A DNA stretch of 40,596 nt from an uncultured Syntrophobacter sp. (lineage in GTDB: Bacteria > Desulfobacterota > Desulfofervidia > Desulfofervidales > DG-60). Below are positions 1 through 12,467 of this stretch, piece after piece (the stretch's first letter is position 1; each line of letters starts with the position of its first letter). The translations under genes and the position numbers were made by a program. Under the pieces are notes generated by a model. The model did not search any database. It was not told where the DNA came from and saw only the letters and a program-made list of their open reading frames with translations. The stretch spans positions 1 to 40,596 of the forward strand of contig CAZNJP010000001.1 of NCBI GenBank assembly GCA_964573345.1. Direction: 5' to 3'.

Positions 1-2
1 TA

Positions 3-1397
3 CTGGATGAGAGGGAACAACGGGACGAAGAACAGGCAAGGGCAGTGGGCGCTCCTTTCAGCCCTTCCCTTGAATATCCCTATCGCTGGCGAGACTGGGC
101 AGCTCCACCAGGTTTCAAATTGTGGAGAGGGAAATACGGATCAAAAAGAAAGGAATTACAAAATGGCACACTTGGTGCTTTTATGTCCTTTGTAAATGAA
201 AATCTTATACCCTATCTGAGGCATCTTAAAGATAAGCCTGGCGCCACTCCAAGGCAGAAGGTTATTAGTGAGGTCTTTTCATCCACTGAAAAAACTGGAA
301 TAGATACAGAACGTAACCTTCTTGATATCCTTGACAAAATCCATCAACTCTCCTTAGAGCGGATTGAGGAAACACATATGTTTACCCTATCACAGGTCTA
401 TGAAGGATTGCTCCAGAAGATGGGAGAAAAGAATAACGATGGCGGGCAGTTCTTTACACCAAGAGAGGTTATTCGGGTAATGGTAAAAGTTATTGACCCT
501 AAGATTGGGGAGACAGTATATGACCCCGGCTGCGGCACAGGCGGATTTCTGGCCCAAGCCTATCAGCATATGTATGAAAAGAGAAAAACAGCCGAGGATA
601 TACAGGTTCTCAAGACAAGCACTTTCTATGGAAGGGAGAAGGAAAACCTGGTTTACCCAATAGCCCTGGCAAACCTTGTGCTCCAGGAAATTGACGAACC
701 ACACATCTGGCATGGCAATACGCTTACCGAGCTCGAGGTCTATGGTGGGCTTTTTAGTGGTGCCCCACCCCTTTTCGATGTTGTGCTTACAAATCCTCCC
801 TTTGGCGGCAAAGAGGGAAAGGATGCACAGACCCGCTTTGCATATAAGACCAGCTCTACTCAGGTGCTCTTTCTCCAGCATGTAATAGATAGTCTCAAGT
901 CTGGCGGGAGATGCGGAATTGTAATGGATGAAGGGGTTCTGTTCCGGACAAATGAGAAGGCTTTTGTTCAAACAAAGCGTAAACTCTTAAACGAATGCAA
1001 CTTGTGGTGCATCGTGAGCCTTCCACCAAAGGTTTTTGTGAACGCGGGCGCTGCCAGCAAAACCAACCTTCTATTTTTTACCAAAGGGGAGCCAACCAAG
1101 GAAATATGGTATTACGATTTATCCGACCTCAACATAACCAAAAAGCAACCTCTTACGGTAGAACACTTTGAAGGTTTCTTTAAGCTCCTTCCTGAAAGGG
1201 CTATCAGTGAGCGCTCCTGGCACGTGCCTACTCACGAAATTCAGGCAAGAAACTATGACTTAAAGGCGGTTAACCCCAACAAGAAGGGTGGAGAAGATAC
1301 AAGAACACCAGAAGAACTGATTTCTATCATTGAGTCCCAGAGCATTGATATTTCTGAAGCATTAAAATCATTGAAAAACAAAGGAGGTTTAGAATAG
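3..1397 (+). CDS. hsdM: Type I restriction-modification N6-adenine DNA methyltransferase subunit (HsdM-like); 5' end lies outside the window
   Basis: The frame is open from base 3, so the GTG listed at 45 is internal. Carries FFTPREV, SAM-binding motif I DPGCGTGGFL and catalytic motif IV NPPFGG. The YRWRDWA segment and the C-terminal tail are typical of HsdM. Confidence 0.85.
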   Translation: MDEREQRDEEQARAVGAPFSPSLEYPYRWRDWAAPPGFKLWRGKYGSKRKELQNGTLGAFMSFVNENLIPYLRHLKDKPGATPRQKVISEVFSSTEKTGIDTERNLLDILDKIHQLSLERIEETHMFTLSQVYEGLLQKMGEKNNDGGQFFTPREVIRVMVKVIDPKIGETVYDPGCGTGGFLAQAYQHMYEKRKTAEDIQVLKTSTFYGREKENLVYPIALANLVLQEIDEPHIWHGNTLTELEVYGGLFSGAPPLFDVVLTNPPFGGKEGKDAQTRFAYKTSSTQVLFLQHVIDSLKSGGRCGIVMDEGVLFRTNEKAFVQTKRKLLNECNLWCIVSLPPKVFVNAGAASKTNLLFFTKGEPTKEIWYYDLSDLNITKKQPLTVEHFEGFFKLLPERAISERSWHVPTHEIQARNYDLKAVNPNKKGGEDTRTPEELISIIESQSIDISEALKSLKNKGGLE

Positions 1398-1398
1398 A

Positions 1399-1944
1399 AT
1401 GATTCCTACTTCTAAACAGGCCATAGAATTGCTTAATGTCCATTGTGTCTGGCCACATGTTATTGCCCATTGTAAAAAGGTGGCGGATATAGCAGTATTT
1501 CTGGCAAGGAATCTAAATAAAAATGGCTATAAATTGAACATATCTTTAGTAGAGGCAGGGGGTTTGCTCCATGATATTGCCAAGCCTTATAGCATAGAAA
1601 AACATGTAGACCATTCAATAGAGGGGGCAAAATGGCTAGAGAAACTAGGATACCATGAAGTAGCTGAAATTGTAAAGTATCATGTGTTTTTACCAGAAAC
1701 TACTATAAAAATTGGGGAAAAAGAAATTGTAAATTATGCAGACAAAAGGGTGAAGGATGAAGAGATAGTAACATTAGAAAAGAGGTTTGAATACATCTTT
1801 AAGCGCTATGGCCATGACAAGATCTGGAAAGACCACTTAAACAGGCTTTATGATCAAAGTAAAATACTAGAAGAGACTATCTTTAGAAATCTTCCTTTCT
1901 CTCCACTATCTTTATCCAGGATTTTAGAAGGAGAGTCGGAGTGA
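1399..1944 (+). CDS. HD-domain phosphohydrolase (HDIG / YqeK-like small HD protein)
   Basis: Shows H..CKKVA, GGLLHDIAKP, H-rich KYHVF and NYADKRV, the pattern of small HD-superfamily hydrolases. It starts 1 nt after the hsdM stop. Confidence 0.75.
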   Translation: MIPTSKQAIELLNVHCVWPHVIAHCKKVADIAVFLARNLNKNGYKLNISLVEAGGLLHDIAKPYSIEKHVDHSIEGAKWLEKLGYHEVAEIVKYHVFLPETTIKIGEKEIVNYADKRVKDEEIVTLEKRFEYIFKRYGHDKIWKDHLNRLYDQSKILEETIFRNLPFSPLSLSRILEGESE

Positions 1945-2864
1945 GTAGGCTAAGCGTAGCCCTGCTATGCGGGGGCATCTCTAGTGAGCGTGAGATTTCT
2001 TTAAAAAGCGGAGAATATGTAAAGAATGCATTAAATCAAGAAAAATATAATGTAAGAATTTATGACCCAGCATTTGATTTGGCCAGTTTAATAAAAAATG
2101 CAAAGGGCATTGATGTGGCACTTGTCATTCTCCATGGCCGCTTTGGGGAGGATGGAACCATCCAGGGTCTTTTGGATTTATTAGGTATTCCTTATCAATG
2201 CTCTGGTGTGTTGGCCAGTGCTCTGGCCATGGATAAGCTAATATCAAAGCATGTCTTTTCAAGTGCTGGTTTGTTTGTGCCAAAACATGCTCCGCTTACA
2301 AAAAACACTTCTTTTGGTCCTTTAGTAAAAAAGCTGGGGTTACCATTGGTAATTAAGCCAGCAGATTCAGGTTCAAGTATTGGCACAAGCATAGTAAAGG
2401 ATAAGTCTCTGTTTAAAAAAGCATTAAATGAGGCATTTAAGCACAGTGAAAGGGTATTTGCTGAAGAATATATAAACGGCCAAGAAATCACTGGGGCTGT
2501 ATTAGGGAATAAGGGGGCTTATGCCCTCCCGCTTATAGAGATTATACCCAATAAAGGATACGATTTCTTTGACTATAAGGCAAAATATAAACCAGGTGCC
2601 TCTAAAGAGATCTGCCCTGCAAGGCTTCCTAAAACCGTTACAAAGAAGCTCCAAGAATGTGCACTTAAGGCACATAAAGTCTTGGGCTGCAAGGGCTATA
2701 GTCGAACAGATATGGTTTTAAAAGGTGAAAGGGTCTATGTACTAGAAGTCAATACCATCCCTGGTATGACAGAAAATAGCCTTTTCCCTAAAGCTGCTAA
2801 AGAAGCCGGCCTCCCCTTCCCTGAACTAATCGAAGAGCTAATCAGATTGGCTTTAGAAAAATAA
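1941..2864 (+). CDS. ddl: D-alanine--D-alanine ligase
   Basis: Carries SSEREISLKSG, LHGRFGEDGTIQGLLDLLGIPY and an ATP-grasp C-terminus ending EVNTIPGMTENSLFP. Its GTG start overlaps the HD gene stop (GTGA). Confidence 0.95.
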   Translation: MSRLSVALLCGGISSEREISLKSGEYVKNALNQEKYNVRIYDPAFDLASLIKNAKGIDVALVILHGRFGEDGTIQGLLDLLGIPYQCSGVLASALAMDKLISKHVFSSAGLFVPKHAPLTKNTSFGPLVKKLGLPLVIKPADSGSSIGTSIVKDKSLFKKALNEAFKHSERVFAEEYINGQEITGAVLGNKGAYALPLIEIIPNKGYDFFDYKAKYKPGASKEICPARLPKTVTKKLQECALKAHKVLGCKGYSRTDMVLKGERVYVLEVNTIPGMTENSLFPKAAKEAGLPFPELIEELIRLALEK

Positions 2865-2879
2865 TTCGATTCGTAATCG

Positions 2880-2952
2880 TTCACCGCACCTGCCCGCTAT
2901 TGCCTGAGCAAAGCGATGGCGGGCAGGCGTGCTCCGTGATCTCTGCGGTGAA
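2880..2952. repeat. GC-rich nested-hairpin repeat, copy A
   Basis: Outer arms are ttcaccgca (2880-2888) and tgcggtgaa (2944-2952). Inner arms are cctgcccgc (2889-2897) and gcgggcagg (2919-2927). The 15-mer gcgatggcgggcagg (2913-2927) recurs exactly at 40527-40541. Confidence 0.8.
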
Positions 2953-2963
2953 TAGTTACACCA

Positions 2964-3737
2964 TTATTTAACCGGAATTTTTAGAGAGGCAACTACAGGA
3001 AAGTGGTCTGAGGGATAGCGCCCATCGAATGTCTTTTTAATTACCTCAATTTCCTTTACCTCAATACCAGGAGTAATTAAAATCCAGTCAATGCGTCCTT
3101 TCACGTCCTTCCCGATAAAGGAACAATAGGTAGTCGTCTCTCCCTTCCCCATCATTTCCCAAGCATCTTGAAAGTGCCTTGTCAAAATCTCGTGCTCGTG
3201 GCTTTTTGGCACTGCATTAAAATCCCCTACCAAAATTATGGGAAGGGAAACATCTTTTAAGTGATCAATTAATACCCTTGCTTGATTTGGACGGGCGATT
3301 TCTGAAATGTGGTCTAGGTGAGTGCTAGCGAATATGAACCTTTTGCCTTGAGTGTCCTTAGCAACTACATAGGTAAGGGTGCGGGGGAAGGCGCTTCCCC
3401 AATTTTTACTGTGTGGCAGATGAGGTGTCTCAGACAACCAAATAGTCTTTACTTGTTCTGCTTCTATCTTTTCTTTTTTTACCCATACACAGGGATACAT
3501 ACGCCGCCTATTCCATCCTTTTGGCGCATCTACATAAAATTTATAGTTTGATAAAAGACTCTGTAATTCCTCAATCTGATGTTCCCAGCCCTCCTGGCTG
3601 CCAAAGATGTCTGGCCCTAAGGCCTTAATTAAACTGGCTAAATGGTTTTTACGAAACGGCCAGTTGTTTGGACCATCTTCCTCTGTCTCATATCGCAGGT
3701 TTATAGTGAGCACTTTGGTAATATTGCCAAAACACAT
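2964..3737 (-). CDS. Endonuclease/exonuclease/phosphatase (EEP) family protein
   Basis: Carries the EEP motifs LTINLRYE, GSQEG, THLDH, VGDFNA and PSDHFPV. Confidence 0.8.
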   Translation of the reverse strand: MCFGNITKVLTINLRYETEEDGPNNWPFRKNHLASLIKALGPDIFGSQEGWEHQIEELQSLLSNYKFYVDAPKGWNRRRMYPCVWVKKEKIEAEQVKTIWLSETPHLPHSKNWGSAFPRTLTYVVAKDTQGKRFIFASTHLDHISEIARPNQARVLIDHLKDVSLPIILVGDFNAVPKSHEHEILTRHFQDAWEMMGKGETTTYCSFIGKDVKGRIDWILITPGIEVKEIEVIKKTFDGRYPSDHFPVVASLKIPVK

Positions 3738-3758
3738 GTTTTGATATTAACCTTTAAA

Positions 3759-4529
3759 TTAGATGATTTTAAATAACTGTCTTGCATTTTCTGTAGTTTT
3801 TCTGGCCACTTCTTCAATGCTTTTTTGCTTAATTCTCGCTACCTCTTCAGCAATAAAACAAAGAAAGGCGGGCTCGTTTCTCTTCCCACGCATAGGCACT
3901 GGAGCCAAAAATGGGGCATCTGTCTCTAAAAGAATATGGTCTAAGGAAATCTCTTTTGCTGCTTCTCTAAGCCCTTTTGTTTTGGAAAAAGTGATAATAC
4001 CCCCTATGGAGATAAAAAAACCCTCTTCTATGCAGGCCTTGGCCAGATTAATGTCTCCTGAAAAACAGTGCCAAACACCACCCAAGGAAAATCCATTTTC
4101 TTCTTTTAAAACCTGCCATGTTTCGGAAGTGGCGTCTCTACAATGAATAATTAGTGGTTTCTCTAACTCCTTTGCCAAATTGATTTGGGATTTAAAGGCA
4201 CGCATTTGCTTTTCATGTGGGGAGAGATTACGATAAAAATCAAGCCCTGTTTCCCCAATGGCTACAACCTTTGGATGGGACGCCAGCCCTTTAAGTATAG
4301 AATAAGTTGATTCATTAAAGTTTTTTGCATCATGGGGGTGAATTCCCACTGTTGCCCAAATAAAATCATATTTCTCTGCCAACTCTATCGCTTTTTTGCT
4401 ACTAAGGGTGTCTGTACCAATAGTTATGACAGTGGAGACTTGTTTATCTCTGCTGCGAGTCAAAACGTCTTCCAAGTCTTCTTCAAACTGAGGCATATCC
4501 AAATGGGCATGGGTATCTACTAATATCAT
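3759..4529 (-). CDS. TatD-family metal-dependent hydrolase (DNase)
   Basis: Carries VDTHAHLD, GIHPH, GETGLDF, IIHCRDA and LLETDAPFLAP. Confidence 0.9.
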   Translation of the reverse strand: MILVDTHAHLDMPQFEEDLEDVLTRSRDKQVSTVITIGTDTLSSKKAIELAEKYDFIWATVGIHPHDAKNFNESTYSILKGLASHPKVVAIGETGLDFYRNLSPHEKQMRAFKSQINLAKELEKPLIIHCRDATSETWQVLKEENGFSLGGVWHCFSGDINLAKACIEEGFFISIGGIITFSKTKGLREAAKEISLDHILLETDAPFLAPVPMRGKRNEPAFLCFIAEEVARIKQKSIEEVARKTTENARQLFKII

Positions 4530-5884
4530 TGCATTAACCCTAGCCTGCTTAATTTGTTGTAAATATTATCTTTCATCCAATGTGGATCCCACCATTCTTT
4601 AGGGTCAACAAATACACCATGGATAAGGATACTAAAGTGTAAGTGGTCCCCGCCTGCCAAGCCCGTTGTCCCTGTATAGCCAATAATGTCGCCCTTACAC
4701 ACCTTTTGGCCCTTTTCTGCCTGAAAACTGCTAAGGTGGCCATAAAGGCTAAAAAGCCCTAAACCGTGGTCTATAATAATGACGTTTCCATATATGCCCA
4801 GATATCCTTTATAGACTACTATCCCATCATTGGCTGCCGGGATAGGAAAATGGGCCAAGGACGCAATATCTATTCCCAAATGGGCCTGGCGGTCGATTTC
4901 CTTGCCTTTATAATAATAGACCCGGCGGTCGCCAAATCCTGCGCTTGGAGCACCTTTTATCCTCAAAAATGCACCCTGCCAAAGAGGAAAGGGTTGGGAG
5001 GTTTGACAGAGTCTTTTAATCTCTTCATGATTCAGGCGGCGCAGGTCACGATTGACTTTTAAAAATGTCTCTAAATATTTTTCTTTTAACTCAGGGTAGA
5101 TATTCCAGAATTCGGGCATCTTTGCCCTTAAGAAGGTATCGGTTATCTCGATATTGTCGCGTTTAAAGTTCTTGGGGATTAAGTGATAATAAAACCCTCC
5201 TTCTCCTTTATTCCCTGCCTTATCCAAATAAATTAACCTAGGGCCTATATTTTGTGGAGCATCGCAAGGAAAGGAAAAAAGGTTAAGATACAGTCCTTGC
5301 CATTTATATCCTGGAAAAAATAATCCATCCTCTTTTATACCATAATTGACAAGCTCCTCGCTGGCACGATAGATAACCAAACCTGCCCCACCCTGACGAA
5401 GATTATGAGACCGAGAAAGGATCTCAATAGTAGGCAGGGTGGCATCAATTGTCACATTGTAAGCCAACTCTCTGTAATTTCCCTTAAGCCAATGCCATAG
5501 AGAATGGTCCCTGGCATAAATCTTTAAAACAGCCTTCCCATCATGCAATCCCAGTTTTCGTGGGTAAATATCTAGCTTTACTTCCTTAAAAGGTTGTTTA
5601 AACTGCCCTTTTCTGGGATAAGTTTCTTGATAGGCTTTTTGCCTAAACCCACTTTGCTCAAGCACTACCCCTACCTCTTCCAAACCACGCCCTTTTTCTT
5701 TAAAGGTTATCGTAAGGGTGTTTGCTGCTGTTAAAAATTCCCCAGGTCTAGGTAAAACAATGATTTCAGGCGCCTGAGTTTCAAAATAGGTAAGCCAAAG
5801 AAATACACCAACCACAACTATCAGAACAGGGATTATTACTATAAACAACTGTTTTTTTAGTTTCACTGCGCGCCTCCAAAGCAT
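4526..5884 (-). CDS. Membrane-anchored M23 family metallopeptidase
   Basis: The C-terminal M23 (LytM) domain shows HLGIDI, GNVIIIDHG and GGDHLHF. There is an N-terminal TM anchor after MLWRR. I set the start at the ATG at 5884, because the longer listed ORF runs through the tRNA-Leu gene. Confidence 0.85.
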   Translation of the reverse strand: MLWRRAVKLKKQLFIVIIPVLIVVVGVFLWLTYFETQAPEIIVLPRPGEFLTAANTLTITFKEKGRGLEEVGVVLEQSGFRQKAYQETYPRKGQFKQPFKEVKLDIYPRKLGLHDGKAVLKIYARDHSLWHWLKGNYRELAYNVTIDATLPTIEILSRSHNLRQGGAGLVIYRASEELVNYGIKEDGLFFPGYKWQGLYLNLFSFPCDAPQNIGPRLIYLDKAGNKGEGGFYYHLIPKNFKRDNIEITDTFLRAKMPEFWNIYPELKEKYLETFLKVNRDLRRLNHEEIKRLCQTSQPFPLWQGAFLRIKGAPSAGFGDRRVYYYKGKEIDRQAHLGIDIASLAHFPIPAANDGIVVYKGYLGIYGNVIIIDHGLGLFSLYGHLSSFQAEKGQKVCKGDIIGYTGTTGLAGGDHLHFSILIHGVFVDPKEWWDPHWMKDNIYNKLSRLGLMQ

Positions 5885-5934
5885 AGTTTGCTCTTTGGGA
5901 ATCTTTGATATGGAATTGCGAGCTTTTTTGCTTT

Positions 5935-6022
5935 TGGTGCCGGAGGTGGGATTTGAACCCACATGGACCCAAGGCCCAAGGGATTTTGAGTCCCCCGCGT
6001 CTGCCGATTCCGCCACTCCGGC
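5935..6022 (-). tRNA. tRNA-Leu (anticodon CAA), class II with long variable arm, CCA encoded
   Basis: I folded it by hand. Acceptor stem GCCGGAG/CUCCGGC, anticodon stem GGGGA/UCCCU, loop CUCAAAA, 5-bp variable-arm stem, T arm GUGGG-UUCAAAU-CCCAC, 3' ACCA. Confidence 0.9.
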
Positions 6023-6204
6023 CCTTTATATCAAAACATAAAATTAGTCAATATTTTAAAAGTGTATTTTGTTTTTTTGTAAATTAGGGGTGAACCTAGC
6101 ATAAACAGCGTTGCTATTTCCATAACCTTCGTTATTATATGGAATACTCACTTATTTGTCAATCTAGACTTTTTCTTTTTTTTGGTGTATCTTTGCATTA
6201 CGTT

Positions 6205-8625
6205 ATGCAAACCAAAACAGTTTTATTAGAAGAGGAAATAAAGCATTCCTATCTAGATTATGCTATGAGCGTCATCATCGGTCGGGCATTGCCTGATGTA
6301 AGAGATGGACTTAAACCTGTGCACCGACGCATTCTTTACACTATGAAGCTCTTAAACAATGAGTGGAACAAACCACACAAGAAGGCTGCAAGGATTGTGG
6401 GTGATGTGATAGGTAAATACCACCCGCATGGTGATACGTCTGTCTATGATGCACTGGTGCGTTTGGCCCAGCCTTTTTCTATGCGTTATCCATTAATAGA
6501 TGGACAAGGGAACTTTGGTTCCATTGATGGAGACCCCCCTGCGGCCATGCGTTATACAGAGGTACGGATGAGCCGTATAGCCCAAGAGCTCTTGTCGGAT
6601 TTGGAAAAAGAGACAGTAGCCTGGGGACCCAATTATGATGAAACATTACAAGAGCCTATGGTATTGCCCACACGGTTACCCATCTTACTACTTAACGGTT
6701 CATCAGGAATAGCCGTGGGTATGGCCACCAACATCCCGCCTCATAATTTGAGGGAAATAATAGATGGGCTTATTGCCTATTTAGAAAACCCTTTTATTTC
6801 TTTAGAAGAGTTAATGAAAATCTTGCCCGGTCCTGATTTCCCCACTGGCGGCCTCATCTGTGGGCAAGAGGGCATCAAAGAAGCCTATCTTTGCGGAAAG
6901 GGAACCATTCGTATTAGGGGGCGGATAGAGACAGAACAAAGAGCAGAAAAAGAGATTTTGGTAATTACTGAGATCCCCTATCAGGTGTGCAAGACTAGGT
7001 TAGTAGAAAAAATAGCCGAACTAGTAAAATCAAAGAGGATAGAAGGAATTAGTGAATTGAGGGATGAATCAGACAGAGAGGGCCTTCGGGTGGTTATTGA
7101 ATTAAAAAAAGGAGGGAATAAGCAAACTGTCTTAAATCAACTCTATGCCTATACCCCTCTAGAGACCAGCTACGGCATCATCTTGCTGGCCCTGGTCGAT
7201 AACCGCCCATTAATACTTTCCCTAAAAGACCTGTTACATCACTTTCTAGAGCACCGACGTGAAGTCATTATTCGTCGCACAAAATATGAATTAAAAAAGG
7301 CAAAAGAGCAAGCCCATCTGTTAGAGGGCCTTAAGGTCGCCTTAGAGAATCTTGACCAGGTCATTAACCTGATTAAAAAATCAGTTAACCCTAAAGTGGC
7401 CAAACAGGGGTTGATATCCCAATTTTCCCTCACTGAACGGCAAGCACAGGCCATTTTAGATACAAAATTACAACGTTTAACCCAATTAGAAAGGGAGAAG
7501 TTAAATCAGGACTATAAATCGTTGCTAAAGGCTGTTAGCCACTATAAAGCTATTCTGGCAAGCAAGGAAATGGTCTCCCAAATTATTAGAAAGGAGCTTT
7601 TGGAAATAAAAGAGCTATATAAAGACAAAAGGAGAACAGAAATCAGGCCTTATAAAGAGCGTATTTCTTTAGAAGACCTTGTTGTAAATGAACAGGTGGT
7701 TGTTACCTTGACACATCGTGGTTATGTGAAAAGAATCCCCCTTGAAGTATATCAAAGCCAACGCCGGGGCGGAAAGGGGATTATGGGTGTAGATACTAAA
7801 AAGGGGGACCTTGCTCAACATATATTTGTAACTTCTACTTATAATTATCTGTTGATTTTTACAAAGGATGGGATGGCCTATACCTTAAAAGTGCATGAAA
7901 TCCCAGCAGCGGGCCGCACAGCAGCAGGGAAGCCTTTAGTAAACCTATTAAACCTTCCTTATGAGCAGGCTATTTCTTTTGTCCTATCTGTAGAGGACTT
8001 CCACAAACAGGCCTATGTGTTAATGGCCACCAAAAAGGGGCTGGTTAAAAAAACACCTTTGGATAATTTTGGTTACCTGGCCTCCACTGTAAGGGGTATT
8101 CGAGGAATAAAAATCGATGCAGGTGATGAGTTAGTGGCTGGAGGATTAATAACTGGAGAAAAAGAGGTATTTTTACTAACCAAACTAGGAAAAAGTATTA
8201 GGTTTAAGGCATCTAAGATAAGGGCTACAGGAAGGCAATCTAGAGGAGTATATGGCATACGCCCAACAGAGAATGATATAGTTATAGGCACGGAATTTTT
8301 AGAACCTAATAAAGGGTTTGTTTTAATAGTAACAAAAAACGGCTATGGGAAAAGAACAAAAACTTCAAAATTCAGGTTGCAAGGACGGGGGGGGAAGGGT
8401 ATTATTGCTACGAAAATTAATGAGAAAACAGGGGTTGTTGTAAAAATGGTTTGTGTTGAAAAAAATGATGAAACCTTGTTAATTACCAGTCAAGGTCGTA
8501 TTATCCGTTTAAAGGTAAAACAGATTCCTGTTTTTAGCAGAACAGCTAAGGGGGTTAAACTGGTTGACATAAAAGCAGGAGAAAGTTTGGTAGGTTTGTC
8601 TAAAATTACTGAATTTGATAGTTGA
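6205..8625 (+). CDS. gyrA: DNA gyrase subunit A
   Basis: Carries [35 protein letters not shown], the active-site Tyr context AAMRYTE and a C-terminal beta-pinwheel repeat region. I chose the start at MQTKT (6205) rather than the listed 6139. Confidence 0.97.
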   Translation: MQTKTVLLEEEIKHSYLDYAMSVIIGRALPDVRDGLKPVHRRILYTMKLLNNEWNKPHKKAARIVGDVIGKYHPHGDTSVYDALVRLAQPFSMRYPLIDGQGNFGSIDGDPPAAMRYTEVRMSRIAQELLSDLEKETVAWGPNYDETLQEPMVLPTRLPILLLNGSSGIAVGMATNIPPHNLREIIDGLIAYLENPFISLEELMKILPGPDFPTGGLICGQEGIKEAYLCGKGTIRIRGRIETEQRAEKEILVITEIPYQVCKTRLVEKIAELVKSKRIEGISELRDESDREGLRVVIELKKGGNKQTVLNQLYAYTPLETSYGIILLALVDNRPLILSLKDLLHHFLEHRREVIIRRTKYELKKAKEQAHLLEGLKVALENLDQVINLIKKSVNPKVAKQGLISQFSLTERQAQAILDTKLQRLTQLEREKLNQDYKSLLKAVSHYKAILASKEMVSQIIRKELLEIKELYKDKRRTEIRPYKERISLEDLVVNEQVVVTLTHRGYVKRIPLEVYQSQRRGGKGIMGVDTKKGDLAQHIFVTSTYNYLLIFTKDGMAYTLKVHEIPAAGRTAAGKPLVNLLNLPYEQAISFVLSVEDFHKQAYVLMATKKGLVKKTPLDNFGYLASTVRGIRGIKIDAGDELVAGGLITGEKEVFLLTKLGKSIRFKASKIRATGRQSRGVYGIRPTENDIVIGTEFLEPNKGFVLIVTKNGYGKRTKTSKFRLQGRGGKGIIATKINEKTGVVVKMVCVEKNDETLLITSQGRIIRLKVKQIPVFSRTAKGVKLVDIKAGESLVGLSKITEFDS

Positions 8626-8748
8626 TAAATTGTTGAATATTAAGTTAAATTTTTAAAATAAAAATATAGTTTTTGAACAATCTGGCCGAGGTTTATTATT
8701 AAATCATTTAAAAGTAAATGTAATATATAAAAATAAAAGGGGTTAAGT

Positions 8749-12214
<3,466 letters not shown>

Positions 12215-12262
12215 TTTGATTTTAATATTAAGTCAGTGCCCTGTGATAAAAGACAATGAGCA

Positions 12263-12289
12263 TTGACAAGAAATGTAGTTTTTTATAAG
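12263..12289 (+). promoter_or_regulatory. Candidate sigma70-type promoter for tRNA-Phe
   Basis: TTGACA (12263-12268), then a 15-nt spacer, then TATAAG (12284-12289). The -10 ends 8 nt before the tRNA 5' end. The spacer is short, so this is only a weak call. Confidence 0.3.
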
Positions 12290-12297
12290 CTAATTCT

Positions 12298-12373
<76 letters not shown>

Positions 12374-12467
12374 ATCTATTTGTATAGTTTCCCAAATTCT
12401 TATGTTGAAAATTCTAGACAAAAAGCGGTTTTTAGGGGTAGATTTTTGGGAATTTGGGATTCGGTCT

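Noticed and set aside
390-971. Long antisense ORFs within recognised genes (for example 390..971, 3763..4146, 17248..17622, 25638..26015, 29983..30444, 30275..30799, 38489..38905)
   Set aside because: Each lies entirely inside a confidently identified gene on the opposite strand, has no recognisable motifs and has low-complexity or odd composition. They are typical shadow ORFs.
1-1397. A complete defence island centred on hsdM
   Set aside because: Only the methylase is visible. No S, R or other defence gene lies within the window, so nothing beyond a partial type I R-M can be claimed.
5885-6016. N-terminal extension of the M23 peptidase ORF (the listed start at 6016)
   Set aside because: The extension reads straight through the tRNA-Leu gene (5935-6022) on the same strand. 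An internal ATG at 5884 is followed by a clean TM anchor.
6025-6050. A TTGACT / TATAAA promoter for tRNA-Leu on the minus strand
   Set aside because: The putative -10 ends only 2 nt before the mature tRNA 5' end, and the spacer is 15 nt. The geometry is implausible.
6139-6204. The longer gyrA start ([12 protein letters not shown]...)
   Set aside because: These 22 extra residues are unlike any GyrA N-terminus. Conserved GyrA sequence begins right after MQTKT at 6205.
8626-8748. The very AT-rich spacer upstream of dnaN as a candidate oriC / DNA-unwinding element
   Set aside because: I found no TTATCCACA-like DnaA box (no CCACA or TGTGG) here or in 6023-6204, and dnaA is not adjacent. AT richness alone is not sufficient evidence.
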